Shown: positions 1-8,692 of the stretch, piece after piece
How the letters are laid out: each line of letters starts with the position of its first letter
How positions within the stretch are numbered: position 1 is the stretch's first letter
From: Dehalococcoidia bacterium
Lineage (GTDB): Bacteria; Chloroflexota; Dehalococcoidia; Lucifugimonadales; UBA3495
Length of the DNA stretch: 64,000 bases
NCBI GenBank assembly: GCA_965221385.1
Contig: OZ244885.1
Location: 1,718,757 to 1,782,756 of the forward strand
Reading direction: 5' to 3'
Made by a program: the position numbers and the translations under genes
The notes under the pieces: model-generated
Database searches by the model: none
What the model was told of the DNA's origin: nothing
Seen by the model: the letters and a program-made list of their open reading frames with translations, nothing else

Positions 1-610
1 TCTTGGACCCCATCACCGCGCCGAGACCGCCGCGCCCGGCCTGGCGGCCCCCGTCGTTGCTGATGGAGGCGAACTTGACCTGCGCCTCTCCGGCGGGGCC
101 GATGCAGGCCACCCGGTAGCGCCGGTCGCCCAGCCGGGCCTTTACCGACGCCTCCTTGTCGGCGGCCCCCAGGCCCACCAAATGGGCGGCATCCTCGAAG
201 TGGACGCTAACCTTATCCGGTTCCAGGGCATCCCCCTCAATCCGCAGCAGGGTGGGCGAACTGGCCCGGCCCACGACTACCAGGGCATCGCCGCAGCACT
301 TCTTCAGTTCCGGGGCCAGGTGGCTGGAGGAAAGGGAATCGGCGATGAAGCCGGTCAGGGGCGACTTGGTGAGGACGGCAAATTTGCTGGTGGTGGTGAG
401 CCGGGTGCCCACCAGGGGACTGCCCACGAAAAGGAGTGGATTGTCCGGCCCCAGGGGGTCGGCCCCGGCGGGACAGTAGCGGTACAGCAGGTAGGTTCCC
501 AACCCGATACCGCCGATGAAACGGCGCAGGGCCACCGGGTCTATTCCGTCCCACCTGTGGGTGCGGCTGGTCAAATCTACGACCAGGGTTTTGCCGTGGT
601 AACCGTACAT
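1..610 (-). CDS. aor: Aldehyde:ferredoxin oxidoreductase (W/Mo AOR family), N-terminal part, runs off the window edge
   Basis: Not in the ORF track. My minus-strand translation from ATG 610 reads MYGYHGKTLVVDLT..FIGGIGLG..KSPLTG..ACIGPAGE..GRGGLGAVMGSK, typical AOR N-terminal motifs. Lies downstream of moaD and mobA. Confidence 0.88.
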   Translation of the reverse strand, partial: MYGYHGKTLVVDLTSRTHRWDGIDPVALRRFIGGIGLGTYLLYRYCPAGADPLGPDNPLLFVGSPLVGTRLTTTSKFAVLTKSPLTGFIADSLSSSHLAPELKKCCGDALVVVGRASSPTLLRIEGDALEPDKVSVHFEDAAHLVGLGAADKEASVKARLGDRRYRVACIGPAGEAQVKFASISNDGGRQAGRGGLGAVMGSK

Positions 611-725
611 CACGTCAACTTCGTTTCGTCGGTTGGGAATTGGTACACCATGAGCCTCTCATCGAAGGGGGCCATTTCCGGCGGAGTGGTTACTCATTCG
701 GGGATGGGTGAGTTTCCCACCGGAT

Positions 726-1025
726 TCAGCCACCGGCCTGGCTGGAAATCAACAGCAGGGACTCGCCAGCCCGTACCGTGAAGTCGCCCTCTCCCAGAAA
801 TGCCAGGCCGTCGCGGTTGAAGATGTACCCCTCCTCCAGGTCGGTACGGTCGTTCCGAATGCCGTGGCCCACCAGGTTGGGGCAGGCATCGGCCAGGGCC
901 GCCACCAAGCTGCCCCGGTCTGCCGGTGGAAGCACCAAAACCTCCACTTCTGCCGCCCCGGCGCGAATCCGCGCGGCGCCGAAAACCTCAACCTTAACCC
1001 GGACCGCCCCTCTTTCACCGTTCAT
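726..1025 (-). CDS. moaD: MoaD/ThiS family sulfur-carrier protein
   Basis: 99 aa ubiquitin-like size, VKVEVFG start, C-terminal SQAGG di-glycine; operon with AOR and mobA. Confidence 0.8.
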   Translation of the reverse strand: MNGERGAVRVKVEVFGAARIRAGAAEVEVLVLPPADRGSLVAALADACPNLVGHGIRNDRTDLEEGYIFNRDGLAFLGEGDFTVRAGESLLLISSQAGG

Positions 1026-1657
1026 GGTTCCCCGGCGGCCAACTCCCGGGCCCGGGCCAGGTCCTCAGGGGAGTTGACGTTGAAGAAACTGCGCAGATCG
1101 GGGTCGAGCTTCCGCACCTCGTCCTCGTCCACGTACCGAACCCGCACCGATTCGAAGAAGCCGGAAATCTTCAGGTCGTTGGCCCGCAGTTTGGCCTCGA
1201 TGTCCGGTAGGCAGTTCCTGGAATAGAGGGCGAGGGTGGGTTCCGGGTAGGGGCCCGGCGCTGGCACCACGGCGTCGCAACCCTGGCGCAGGCCCAGCAT
1301 ATACTCCAGCAGCGATCGGTTCAGGAAGGGCATATCGCAGGCCACCACCAAGCCCCATTGGTTGGTTGCCGCCGAAAGTCCGGCGAAAATCCCGCCCAGG
1401 GAACCGCCCTCCGGGTAAACATCCGTCGCCACCCGGTGTTCCGGTCCCAGGGGCAGAGCCGCGGCCCGGGCGGCATCGGCCACCACCACCACGACCTCGT
1501 TGGTCAGGGGCGCCACCCGTCCGATCACCCGACGGATGAGGGGCTGACCGGCCAGGGGTTCCACCGCCTTATCTCGACCCAGACGCCGGCTGCGGCCCCC
1601 GGCAAGCACGATGCCGGTAACGGGTTCGCCATTGGGGGAGCAGACTGAATCGGCCAC
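1022..1657 (-). CDS. mobA: Molybdenum cofactor guanylyltransferase
   Basis: IVLAGGRSRRLGRDKA, VVACDMPF and FFNVNSPEDL motifs. Confidence 0.92.
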   Translation of the reverse strand: MADSVCSPNGEPVTGIVLAGGRSRRLGRDKAVEPLAGQPLIRRVIGRVAPLTNEVVVVVADAARAAALPLGPEHRVATDVYPEGGSLGGIFAGLSAATNQWGLVVACDMPFLNRSLLEYMLGLRQGCDAVVPAPGPYPEPTLALYSRNCLPDIEAKLRANDLKISGFFESVRVRYVDEDEVRKLDPDLRSFFNVNSPEDLARARELAAGEP

Positions 1658-1831
1658 GGCAACACCTGCTTCCAGGGTTGGACGACATCCGGCGGGAAAT
1701 AGGGCGCCGGCGATCCCAATTCATTCCCAAGTTGCGGTTGGAGTATAGCACAGGGCCAGGAACAACGGGGTTTGCCCTCGATTCGGGCGGCGGTTGCCAA
1801 TGCAAGAGAAGGCCGCCGGATTCAAAGTCAC

Positions 1832-1884
1832 TGAAATTTCCCCCTTGACGGCTGGGATTGCACATATATAGCGTAAACATTGTC
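1832..1884 (+). promoter_or_regulatory. Promoter/operator motif copy 1, upstream of the terminase-portal module
   Basis: TTGACG (1845-1850), 18 bp spacer containing GGATTGCAC, TAGCGT (1869-1874); 37/53 ungapped identity to 53521-53573. Confidence 0.75.
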
Positions 1885-1919
1885 AGACCGGCCCGGGACA
1901 TGGGTCGGTCTTTCCTTTC
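1885..1919 (+). terminator. Leader hairpin plus pyrimidine tract (attenuator-like)
   Basis: AGACCGGCCC-gggacat-GGGTCGGTCT stem (one G-U pair) followed by TTCCTTTC, immediately after the promoter motif. Confidence 0.55.
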
Positions 1920-1962
1920 GGGCAAACACCCATCTCTCACCAATTTCCTGGAGGTTCACCCA

Positions 1963-2190
1963 TTGCAATGTCGCCGTTGTAATTCCCCTCGACTGATCCG
2001 GCTCAAGGTCTTCCGCGCTGGTGACCATCTTGTTCTGCGCTGCCAGGAATGCGGGTGCCTGTTCAGCCCCGCCCAGCCGGCCGAGGCACCCATGCCTTCG
2101 CAGCCCGGTGGTTCCCATAATTCCAGGCTCCGGCGGGTGGAGCCACGTTCCGCCGGCGCGCAGAACCTACCCGCGCCCCAGGAGGCATAG
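1963..2190 (+). CDS. Small Zn-ribbon protein (two CxxC pairs), first gene of the packaging module
   Basis: GGAGG at 1950-1954 then TTG start; CRRC...CQEC; stop lies 6 bp before the terminase ATG. Confidence 0.6.
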   Translation: MQCRRCNSPRLIRLKVFRAGDHLVLRCQECGCLFSPAQPAEAPMPSQPGGSHNSRLRRVEPRSAGAQNLPAPQEA

Positions 2191-2196
2191 CAGCCA

Positions 2197-3684
2197 ATGG
2201 CAGGAAGACGACGAGCCGGACCGGCCGTTAGAGAAGTTGCGCAACCGGAAGGCAAGCCGGACCCCACAGCTATGCCCACCGGAGCAGGGGAGAGGGATAC
2301 AGCGGCCGCGCCGCTCCTGTCTCCCGTGGAGTTTGCGGAGAGTGTGCTGGGCGTCCGGTTGTGGGCCAAGCAGCAGGAGTTGCTATCCGCCCTGCCGGTA
2401 CATCGGAGGGTGGCGGTCAAGTCGGGAAACGGGTTGGGCAAGGGATTCAGCGCGGCGGTGGCCGTGCTGTGGTTCTTATACTGCCACAACCCGGCCATAG
2501 TGCTGAGCACCGCGCCCACCTTCCGGCAGGTGCGCCACATCCTCTGGCGGCAGATTCACAGCCTCTACCGCCGCGCGCCCCAGACCCTGGGCGGCAAGCT
2601 GCTGGACACCCGTTGGGAGCTGGCCGACGACCGCTACGCCATGGGGCTGTCCGCCGACACCGCCGACCAGTTCCAGGGATTTCACAGCCCCAACATGCTG
2701 GTGGTGGTGGACGAGGCCGAGGGGGTCAGCGACCTGATATACGAGGCCATCGAATCGGTGATGACCTCGGCGGAAACCCGGCTGCTGCTCATCGGCAACC
2801 CCACCACCGTGTCGGGGATGTTCCGTCGGGCCTTCCACGAGGAACGGGAAATCTACCATTGCATCACCATTTCGGCGTTGGACAGCCCCAACGTGGCAGC
2901 CGGACGGGTGGTGGTTCCCGGCCTGGCCACCGCCCGTTGGGTGGAGGAACGACGGCAAATCTGGGGCGAGGGGAATCCCCTGTTTCGCGCCCGGGTTTTG
3001 GGCGAGTTCCCGGACCAGGCGGAGGACAACCTCATCCGGCTTTCCGACGTGGAGGCGGCGGTGGAACGCTGGCGGGGCGCACAACCGGGCATGGGCGGCC
3101 TGGCGCAATCAGATTCAACGGCGGACACCCTGGAGGAACCGGACACCCTGGAGGAAGAGGTGGTGCTGGCGGTGGACGTGGCCCGCTTCGGCTCGGACCA
3201 CAGCGTCATTCTAAAGCGCCGGGGCAGTCGGGTGGAGGAAATACGCACCTTCAACGGCATGAACACCATGGAACTGGCCGGTTGGGTGGCCGCCGCCATA
3301 CGGGAATGCCAGCCCCTGCAGACCTGCGTGGACGAGGTGGGCGTGGGCGCCGGGGTCGTGGACCGGCTGCGGGAGCAGGGTTACGGTGTCCGAGGGGTCA
3401 ACGCGGCCCATGCCGCCCGCCAAAAGGAAACCTTCGCCAACCTGCGCGCCGAGGCCTATTGGCGCCTGCGGGAACTCTTCGTCGCCGGCAGCATCGCCAT
3501 CCCGCCCGACCAACGGCTGATGGGAGAACTGGCCTCGCTGCGGTACGGATTTGACAGCCAGGGCCGCATCCTGATGGAGAGCAAGGACGAAATGCGCAAG
3601 CGGGGCGTATCCTCGCCTGACCGGGCCGACGCCCTGATGTTGGCCTTTTCCTCGCCGTCGAGCCGGCCCCGGCTTTGGATCTAA
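2197..3684 (+). CDS. terL: Phage terminase large subunit
   Basis: Walker A VAVKSGNGLGKG, Walker B VVVDEAEG, LLIGNP coupling motif, RNase H-like nuclease LAVDVARFGSD ... SPDRADALMLAF. The start may be 2272. Confidence 0.92.
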   Translation: MAGRRRAGPAVREVAQPEGKPDPTAMPTGAGERDTAAAPLLSPVEFAESVLGVRLWAKQQELLSALPVHRRVAVKSGNGLGKGFSAAVAVLWFLYCHNPAIVLSTAPTFRQVRHILWRQIHSLYRRAPQTLGGKLLDTRWELADDRYAMGLSADTADQFQGFHSPNMLVVVDEAEGVSDLIYEAIESVMTSAETRLLLIGNPTTVSGMFRRAFHEEREIYHCITISALDSPNVAAGRVVVPGLATARWVEERRQIWGEGNPLFRARVLGEFPDQAEDNLIRLSDVEAAVERWRGAQPGMGGLAQSDSTADTLEEPDTLEEEVVLAVDVARFGSDHSVILKRRGSRVEEIRTFNGMNTMELAGWVAAAIRECQPLQTCVDEVGVGAGVVDRLREQGYGVRGVNAAHAARQKETFANLRAEAYWRLRELFVAGSIAIPPDQRLMGELASLRYGFDSQGRILMESKDEMRKRGVSSPDRADALMLAFSSPSSRPRLWI

Positions 3685-3818
3685 CGGGGGTTCATCCCCG
3701 CTCGTGGGTCCGCCGGCCATGCCGAAGGCACCAACCCAGAACATACAGGTCATTATGCCGAACCCGAACCAACCTATCCTGGCAATCTACTCTTCCACAC
3801 GAAAGGAGGACTTCTGCA

Positions 3819-5132
3819 ATGAACTTTGGAGTTACCACCTGGCCCGAAAAACTGGCAGCCCTGGCGGGACTGGTCAGACCCGTTCGCCCCGGGCCGGCGA
3901 GCGCCGAACGCAACGCCGCCGCCAGCCAGGTTCGCCGGGGCCGGCGGGCCGTTGGCGCTGGCCTGGATCCCCTGGCGGAGACTTTCGGCGCCGGTTCCGG
4001 CTGGGCCCGGCCCGAATACGGGGCCTACTACACATCATCGGCGCCGGTGTACGCCGCCATCAAGCTGCGGGCCGATGCGGTTAGCCGACCCGCGGTGCGT
4101 CTCTACCGCCAGAACCCCGACGGTTCCCGCACACCCGTGCCCGCCAGTCATCCCGTCAACCAATTGCTGGAGCAGGTCAACCCGTGGCATACCCGGGGCG
4201 ACCTGTGGCAGGCCACGGAAATATACCTGAATCTGTGGGGGCAGGCCTTCTGGGCATTGGAACGAGACGAGGAGGGTCGGCGGGAAATCTGGCCCTTGCG
4301 ACCGGACCGGGTAACCGTCCTGCCCGACCGCATGAACCACGTGCGGGGTTTCGTTTACCGCAGCCGGGGCGGCGCGCCGGTGGCCTACACCGCCGAGGAG
4401 GTGGTCTGGCTGCGCTACTTCAATCCTCTGGAGGAGTTCGCCGGCCTTTCACCCCTGGCGCCAGCCCGAATGTCGGTGGAGATGGGCGGCGACGGTCTGC
4501 GGTTCAACCGCAATTTCCTGCGGAACTCGGCCCAGCCCGATTTCGTGCTGCTGACCGACGCCCAGCTTACCGATTCGGAGATCGAGGAATTCTACGAACG
4601 TTGGGAGGCCCGGTACCAGGGGCCGCAGAATGCCCGCCGCCCGGCCATCGCCAACTTTATCAAGGACATCCGCACCCTGGGGATGAGCCATAGAGACATG
4701 GACTTCATCCGGGGGCTGCGCTGGAGCCTGGAGGAGGTGAGCCGGGCCTTTGGGGTGCCGAAGCCCCTGCTGGCCGACCTGGAGCGGGCCACCTTCGCCA
4801 ACATCAACGCCGCCGAGCGAATCTTCTGGCGAAACACCATTGTGCCGGAGCTGCGCTTCCTGGAGGAACACCTGAACCGGATGCTGCTGCCCCGGCTGGG
4901 CTACCCGGATTTGGTCCTGGAGTTCGACCTGAGCACCATCGAGGCGATGAAGGAGGATGAGGACCACCGGGTGGCGCGCCAAGTACAGTTGTTGGACCGG
5001 GGGGTGCTGACCGTCAACGAGGTACGCCGGGAACACAACCTGCCCGAGGTGCCCTGGGGCGACGAGCCGGGGCGACGATTCGGCAAGAATCAGGAGACGC
5101 TCTCCCACCTGCCGACGCAGGGAGATACATAG
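3819..5132 (+). CDS. HK97-family phage portal protein
   Basis: AAAGGAGG RBS before ATG 3819; motifs LWGQAFW, WPLRPDRV, NPLEEFAGLSPL, RAFGVPKPLL, ATFANI, LTVNEVRR; directly follows terL. Confidence 0.92.
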   Translation: MNFGVTTWPEKLAALAGLVRPVRPGPASAERNAAASQVRRGRRAVGAGLDPLAETFGAGSGWARPEYGAYYTSSAPVYAAIKLRADAVSRPAVRLYRQNPDGSRTPVPASHPVNQLLEQVNPWHTRGDLWQATEIYLNLWGQAFWALERDEEGRREIWPLRPDRVTVLPDRMNHVRGFVYRSRGGAPVAYTAEEVVWLRYFNPLEEFAGLSPLAPARMSVEMGGDGLRFNRNFLRNSAQPDFVLLTDAQLTDSEIEEFYERWEARYQGPQNARRPAIANFIKDIRTLGMSHRDMDFIRGLRWSLEEVSRAFGVPKPLLADLERATFANINAAERIFWRNTIVPELRFLEEHLNRMLLPRLGYPDLVLEFDLSTIEAMKEDEDHRVARQVQLLDRGVLTVNEVRREHNLPEVPWGDEPGRRFGKNQETLSHLPTQGDT

Positions 5133-5139
5133 TCCATCA

Positions 5140-5175
5140 ATATACATTGACTAATGTATATAATCCTCACATAAT
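5140..5175 (+). promoter_or_regulatory. Sigma70-like promoter overlapped by a perfect palindromic operator
   Basis: ATATACATT-gact-AATGTATAT (5140-5161) overlaps TTGACT (5147-5152); CATAAT at 5170-5175 with a 17 bp spacer; upstream of padR. Confidence 0.7.
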
Positions 5176-5367
5176 AATAGAAGGAGGTTTGAGAGTTGAA
5201 CGCACCGGCCGGCGGGTGGAACCGGCCGGGAAGTCGAATGGCTGGGTCCGTCCTTCAAGAATCTTCCATAATCAAGGACCACGCCGGGGCAGCAAAGGGC
5301 AAACGGAGGCAGAGGCCTTTGGAAGCGGTTCCCAACGCCGGCGGGGCCCTCAAGGGAAAGAGAAATT

Positions 5368-5712
5368 ATGAGCCAACCAGAAATGCTCAAGGGAAACACG
5401 GAAACCTTGCTCTTGTCCCTGCTGTTGGTGGAACCAATGTACGGCTACCAAATCGTGAAGGAGATGAACTCCAGGAGCAGCGGTTACTTCGATTTCAAAG
5501 AAGGCACGCTATACCCCGCCCTTCATCGCATGGAACGGGAGGGGCTCATAGAGGGGCGTTGGCAAACCACCCCGGGCGGCATGCGCCGATGCTACTACAA
5601 CGTCACCCTCAAGGGCCGCTTCGTTCTGCTGGACCGGCGCGCCGAGTGGCAAAAGTTCAGCCGGGCGATGAACTCGATCATCGAACAGACGCTGGTTCAA
5701 TCGGAGCCCTAG
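5368..5712 (+). CDS. PadR family transcriptional regulator
   Basis: MLKGNTETLLLSLL..PMYGYQI..KEGTLYPALHRME..RRCYYNVT..G..EWQKF. Confidence 0.92.
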   Translation: MSQPEMLKGNTETLLLSLLLVEPMYGYQIVKEMNSRSSGYFDFKEGTLYPALHRMEREGLIEGRWQTTPGGMRRCYYNVTLKGRFVLLDRRAEWQKFSRAMNSIIEQTLVQSEP

Positions 5713-6041
5713 CCGGGTCCGGCCCATGGGCCGGACCCTTCCTCTTTTTCGGGAATTTCCTTCTACAGGTACTTGGCGCCTGTTCCCAAGTCGCCCCATG
5801 CCAGGTATGCTCGCCTCAGTACCTTCCCTATTCCCACACCGGCGTCCACAACGGTCCCCGCACTGGGCCATAACCGAGCCCAACACACCTATGTTCCCGC
5901 CCTAAAGAAGGCCCGAAAATGGTTGCAACCGTCCTTTTGCTGGTATCCTGAACCGAGCCACCCGGCGCCAACGGGGGCAGGCGACAATGCGGTCGGTCCG
6001 AATTCGGGAACGACCCAGACCGTTCCGGGGCATCCGGACCA

Positions 6042-6689
6042 TTGAGTCAGCAGGCCAGGGCATTGGAAGAATTAAGCGAACGGGCAGCGGGCGGCCTTGA
6101 CCAGGCCATCACGGGGGACGTGGCCACCCTGAGGCGCGCCCTGGCCCACGAATTAGCGCACAGCTCCGCAACGCCGGGGGGCGGATTCCTGGTGGCCCTG
6201 TGCGGCCTGCCCGGAACGGGGAAGTCCCATTTCGCCGCCGCCCTTTGTCGTCGGGTCCCCTGCCTGACCCTGGGCAGCGACCGCCTTCGCAAGACCTTGG
6301 TGGAGCAGCCCGTTTACAGCCGAGGCGAACACGCCCGGGTCTTTCGGGCCGCCCATGTCCTGTTGCAGCAATTGCTGGTCGAGGGCCACCGGGTAATCTT
6401 CGATGCCACCAACCTGACGGAGCGGGCGCGGGAGCCGTTGCGGGAAATAGCCCGACGGACGGGGGCGCCCCTGGCATTGGTTCAGTTGGAAGCGCCGCCC
6501 GACCTGGTGCGGCAGCGACTGGCCCGCCGTTCCCGGGGCGAGACGGACGATTCCTGGTCCGACGCCGACTGGCGAATCTACTGCCGCCTGTACCCCGGCC
6601 AGGAACCCATCGCCGGACCCCACCTCACCGTTGATTCGTCGCAAGACATCGGCCCGGCCGTTGACGAACTGGCCGCCCTGCTGCAATAG
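6042..6689 (+). CDS. AAA_33-type P-loop kinase
   Basis: LCGLPGTGKS P-loop, SDRLRK, VIFDATN, SDADW. Confidence 0.8.
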   Translation: MSQQARALEELSERAAGGLDQAITGDVATLRRALAHELAHSSATPGGGFLVALCGLPGTGKSHFAAALCRRVPCLTLGSDRLRKTLVEQPVYSRGEHARVFRAAHVLLQQLLVEGHRVIFDATNLTERAREPLREIARRTGAPLALVQLEAPPDLVRQRLARRSRGETDDSWSDADWRIYCRLYPGQEPIAGPHLTVDSSQDIGPAVDELAALLQ

Positions 6690-6882
6690 GACTAACAACC
6701 ACCCCCGCTTCAAAGGGTGGGGAGAAGGGAAGGGGGCTTACAACAAAGCGGGGCAGGGCAGGGTTACCGGGCAGAAATGTGGGAGACCCGCCCGACCCGC
6801 GTTGTTCAGCAGCGTTCTGCTGGCCATTTCTCCCCTTGCCCAATGCTATAATTCCTCCATACCTTGAACGAGGGATTCAACC

Positions 6883-7992
6883 ATGCCTGACCACCGGGAA
6901 TTGGCCCTGGATAATCTGGCTCGGCTGGGCGCCCAGCCGGCTACTTCCTTCCTTGAGGACGGCGTGGCCGGGGTGGTGCGCCAGGCCCTGGACGCGGCCC
7001 ACGTCCCCCACCGTACCGACGACTACGGCAACATCATCGCCCACCTGCGGGGAAGCGGCGCCGAAGGTTCCGTACCTCCCATCGCATTCATGGCCCACAT
7101 GGACCATCCCGGGTTCGAGGCCGTGGCCCTGGAAGGCGATTTCCTGGTTGGCGTGGCCATGGGCGGCGTACCCCAGTCCTCCTTCGAGGCCGGCGTTCCG
7201 GTGCGGGTAATCCTGCCCAACGGAGAGCGGCTCGCCGCCATCACCGCCGGGCCCAACGGCGAACCCTCAGAACGTCGGACCCTGATCCGCCTGGAGGACG
7301 CCTCGCGCCTGGCCGAGGTTTCCCTGCCGGCGTCGGTGGTGTTCGACCTGGTGGATTTTGAACTGGACGAGGGTTACATACGGATGCGGGCCGTGGACGA
7401 CCTGGCCGGCTGTGGCAGTACCCTAACCGTGCTGTCGGTTCTTGTTGGCGAGCAACCGGCCGGGGATGTGTACGGCGTGTTCACCCGGGCCGAGGAGGTG
7501 GGATTGGTTGGCGCCCGCCTGCTGGCCGAGGCGGGAACGCTGCCCAGGGAAACGTTGGTGGTGTCGCTGGAATCCAGCCGCACCCTGCCCGGGGCGGAAA
7601 TCGGCGGCGGCCCGGTCATCCGGGTGGGCGACGCCGGATTCACCTTCAACGCCGATGCGGAGACGGCCCTAATTCGCGCCCGGGAGACCCTGCAGGCCCG
7701 CCCGGAGGGGTTCCGCGTCCAGCGCCAGTTGATGAGCGGCGGCACCTGCGAGGCCAGCGCCTTCTCGGTATATGGGTACCGCACCACCGGCATTGCCTTT
7801 CCCCTGGGCAACTACCACAACGCCGCCCCTGAGGGCCGCATTGAGGCGGAATACATCCACGAGGAGGACTACCTGGGCGGTGTGGACCTGATGCTGGAGG
7901 CCGTCCGCCAAATGCCGGAGCGGGAGGACACGGCCTTCCGCCGCCGCCTGCGGGAAATACCGGGGGAGTTTCGGGAGAGAATGGTGGGGTAG
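6883..7992 (+). CDS. M20/M42 family metallo-aminopeptidase
   Basis: AHMDH, AVDDLAG, RAEEVG, GGTCE and NYHN metal ligands. Confidence 0.85.
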   Translation: MPDHRELALDNLARLGAQPATSFLEDGVAGVVRQALDAAHVPHRTDDYGNIIAHLRGSGAEGSVPPIAFMAHMDHPGFEAVALEGDFLVGVAMGGVPQSSFEAGVPVRVILPNGERLAAITAGPNGEPSERRTLIRLEDASRLAEVSLPASVVFDLVDFELDEGYIRMRAVDDLAGCGSTLTVLSVLVGEQPAGDVYGVFTRAEEVGLVGARLLAEAGTLPRETLVVSLESSRTLPGAEIGGGPVIRVGDAGFTFNADAETALIRARETLQARPEGFRVQRQLMSGGTCEASAFSVYGYRTTGIAFPLGNYHNAAPEGRIEAEYIHEEDYLGGVDLMLEAVRQMPEREDTAFRRRLREIPGEFRERMVG

Positions 7993-8044
7993 GGGGTGGG
8001 GGGTTATTGCTCCCTCCCAACTGCTGTCATCACGCCTCCAATTT

Positions 8045-8655
8045 CCTGTCATTCCGAGCGACAGCCGAGGAATCGCAACCGCGCGGGGCCAGAATTGCGC
8101 CTGTGGCAGGACCCCCTAACCTGTCATTCCGAGCGCCGCAGGCGTCGAGGAATCCCAACCGCAACCTGCTACCACGCCACCCACCACAAACCAACCAGGC
8201 CTGACAGGGGGGCTGGGCATGGCCATGCTGCATCCCCCGCACCGTTGGGATTCCTCGGCTGCCGCTCGGAATGACAGGGAGGGTTGGTTTGTGGTGGGAA
8301 GCACGGTTGTCCCCCTGCGGTTGGGATTCCTCGACTGCCGCTCGGAATGACAGGCGTGGTTGGTTTGGGGTGGGTAGCGTGGTTGAAGGGTGCAGTTGGG
8401 ATTCCTCGACTGCCGCTAGGAATGACAGGCGTGGTTGGTTTGGGGTGGGTAGCGTGGTTGAAGGGTGCGGTTGGGATTCCTCGGCTGCCGCCCGGAATGA
8501 CAAAGAAGAGGGGCCGGGCATGGGAAGCACGGTTGTCCATCTGCGGTTGGGATTCCTCGGCTGCCGCCCGGAATGACAGGCTTGGTTGGTTTGGGGTGGG
8601 TAGCGTGGTTGAAGGGTGCAGTTGGGATTCCTCGACTCCGCTCGGAATGACAGTT
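8045..8655. repeat. Cluster of about 8 palindromic REP-like units (TGTCATTCCGAGCG..GAGGAATCCCAAC family), about 75 bp period
   Basis: Two forward copies (about 8047, 8122) then about six reverse copies; intergenic between convergent genes. Confidence 0.85.
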
Positions 8656-8692
8656 ATCTTGACTCCACTGACTTTACAGATCTGACACGGTA

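Noticed and set aside
3704-4084. Extra ORF between terL and portal (MPKAPTQNIQ..)
   Set aside because: It mostly overlaps the portal in another frame and has no clear RBS. The portal has a strong RBS at 3802-3809.
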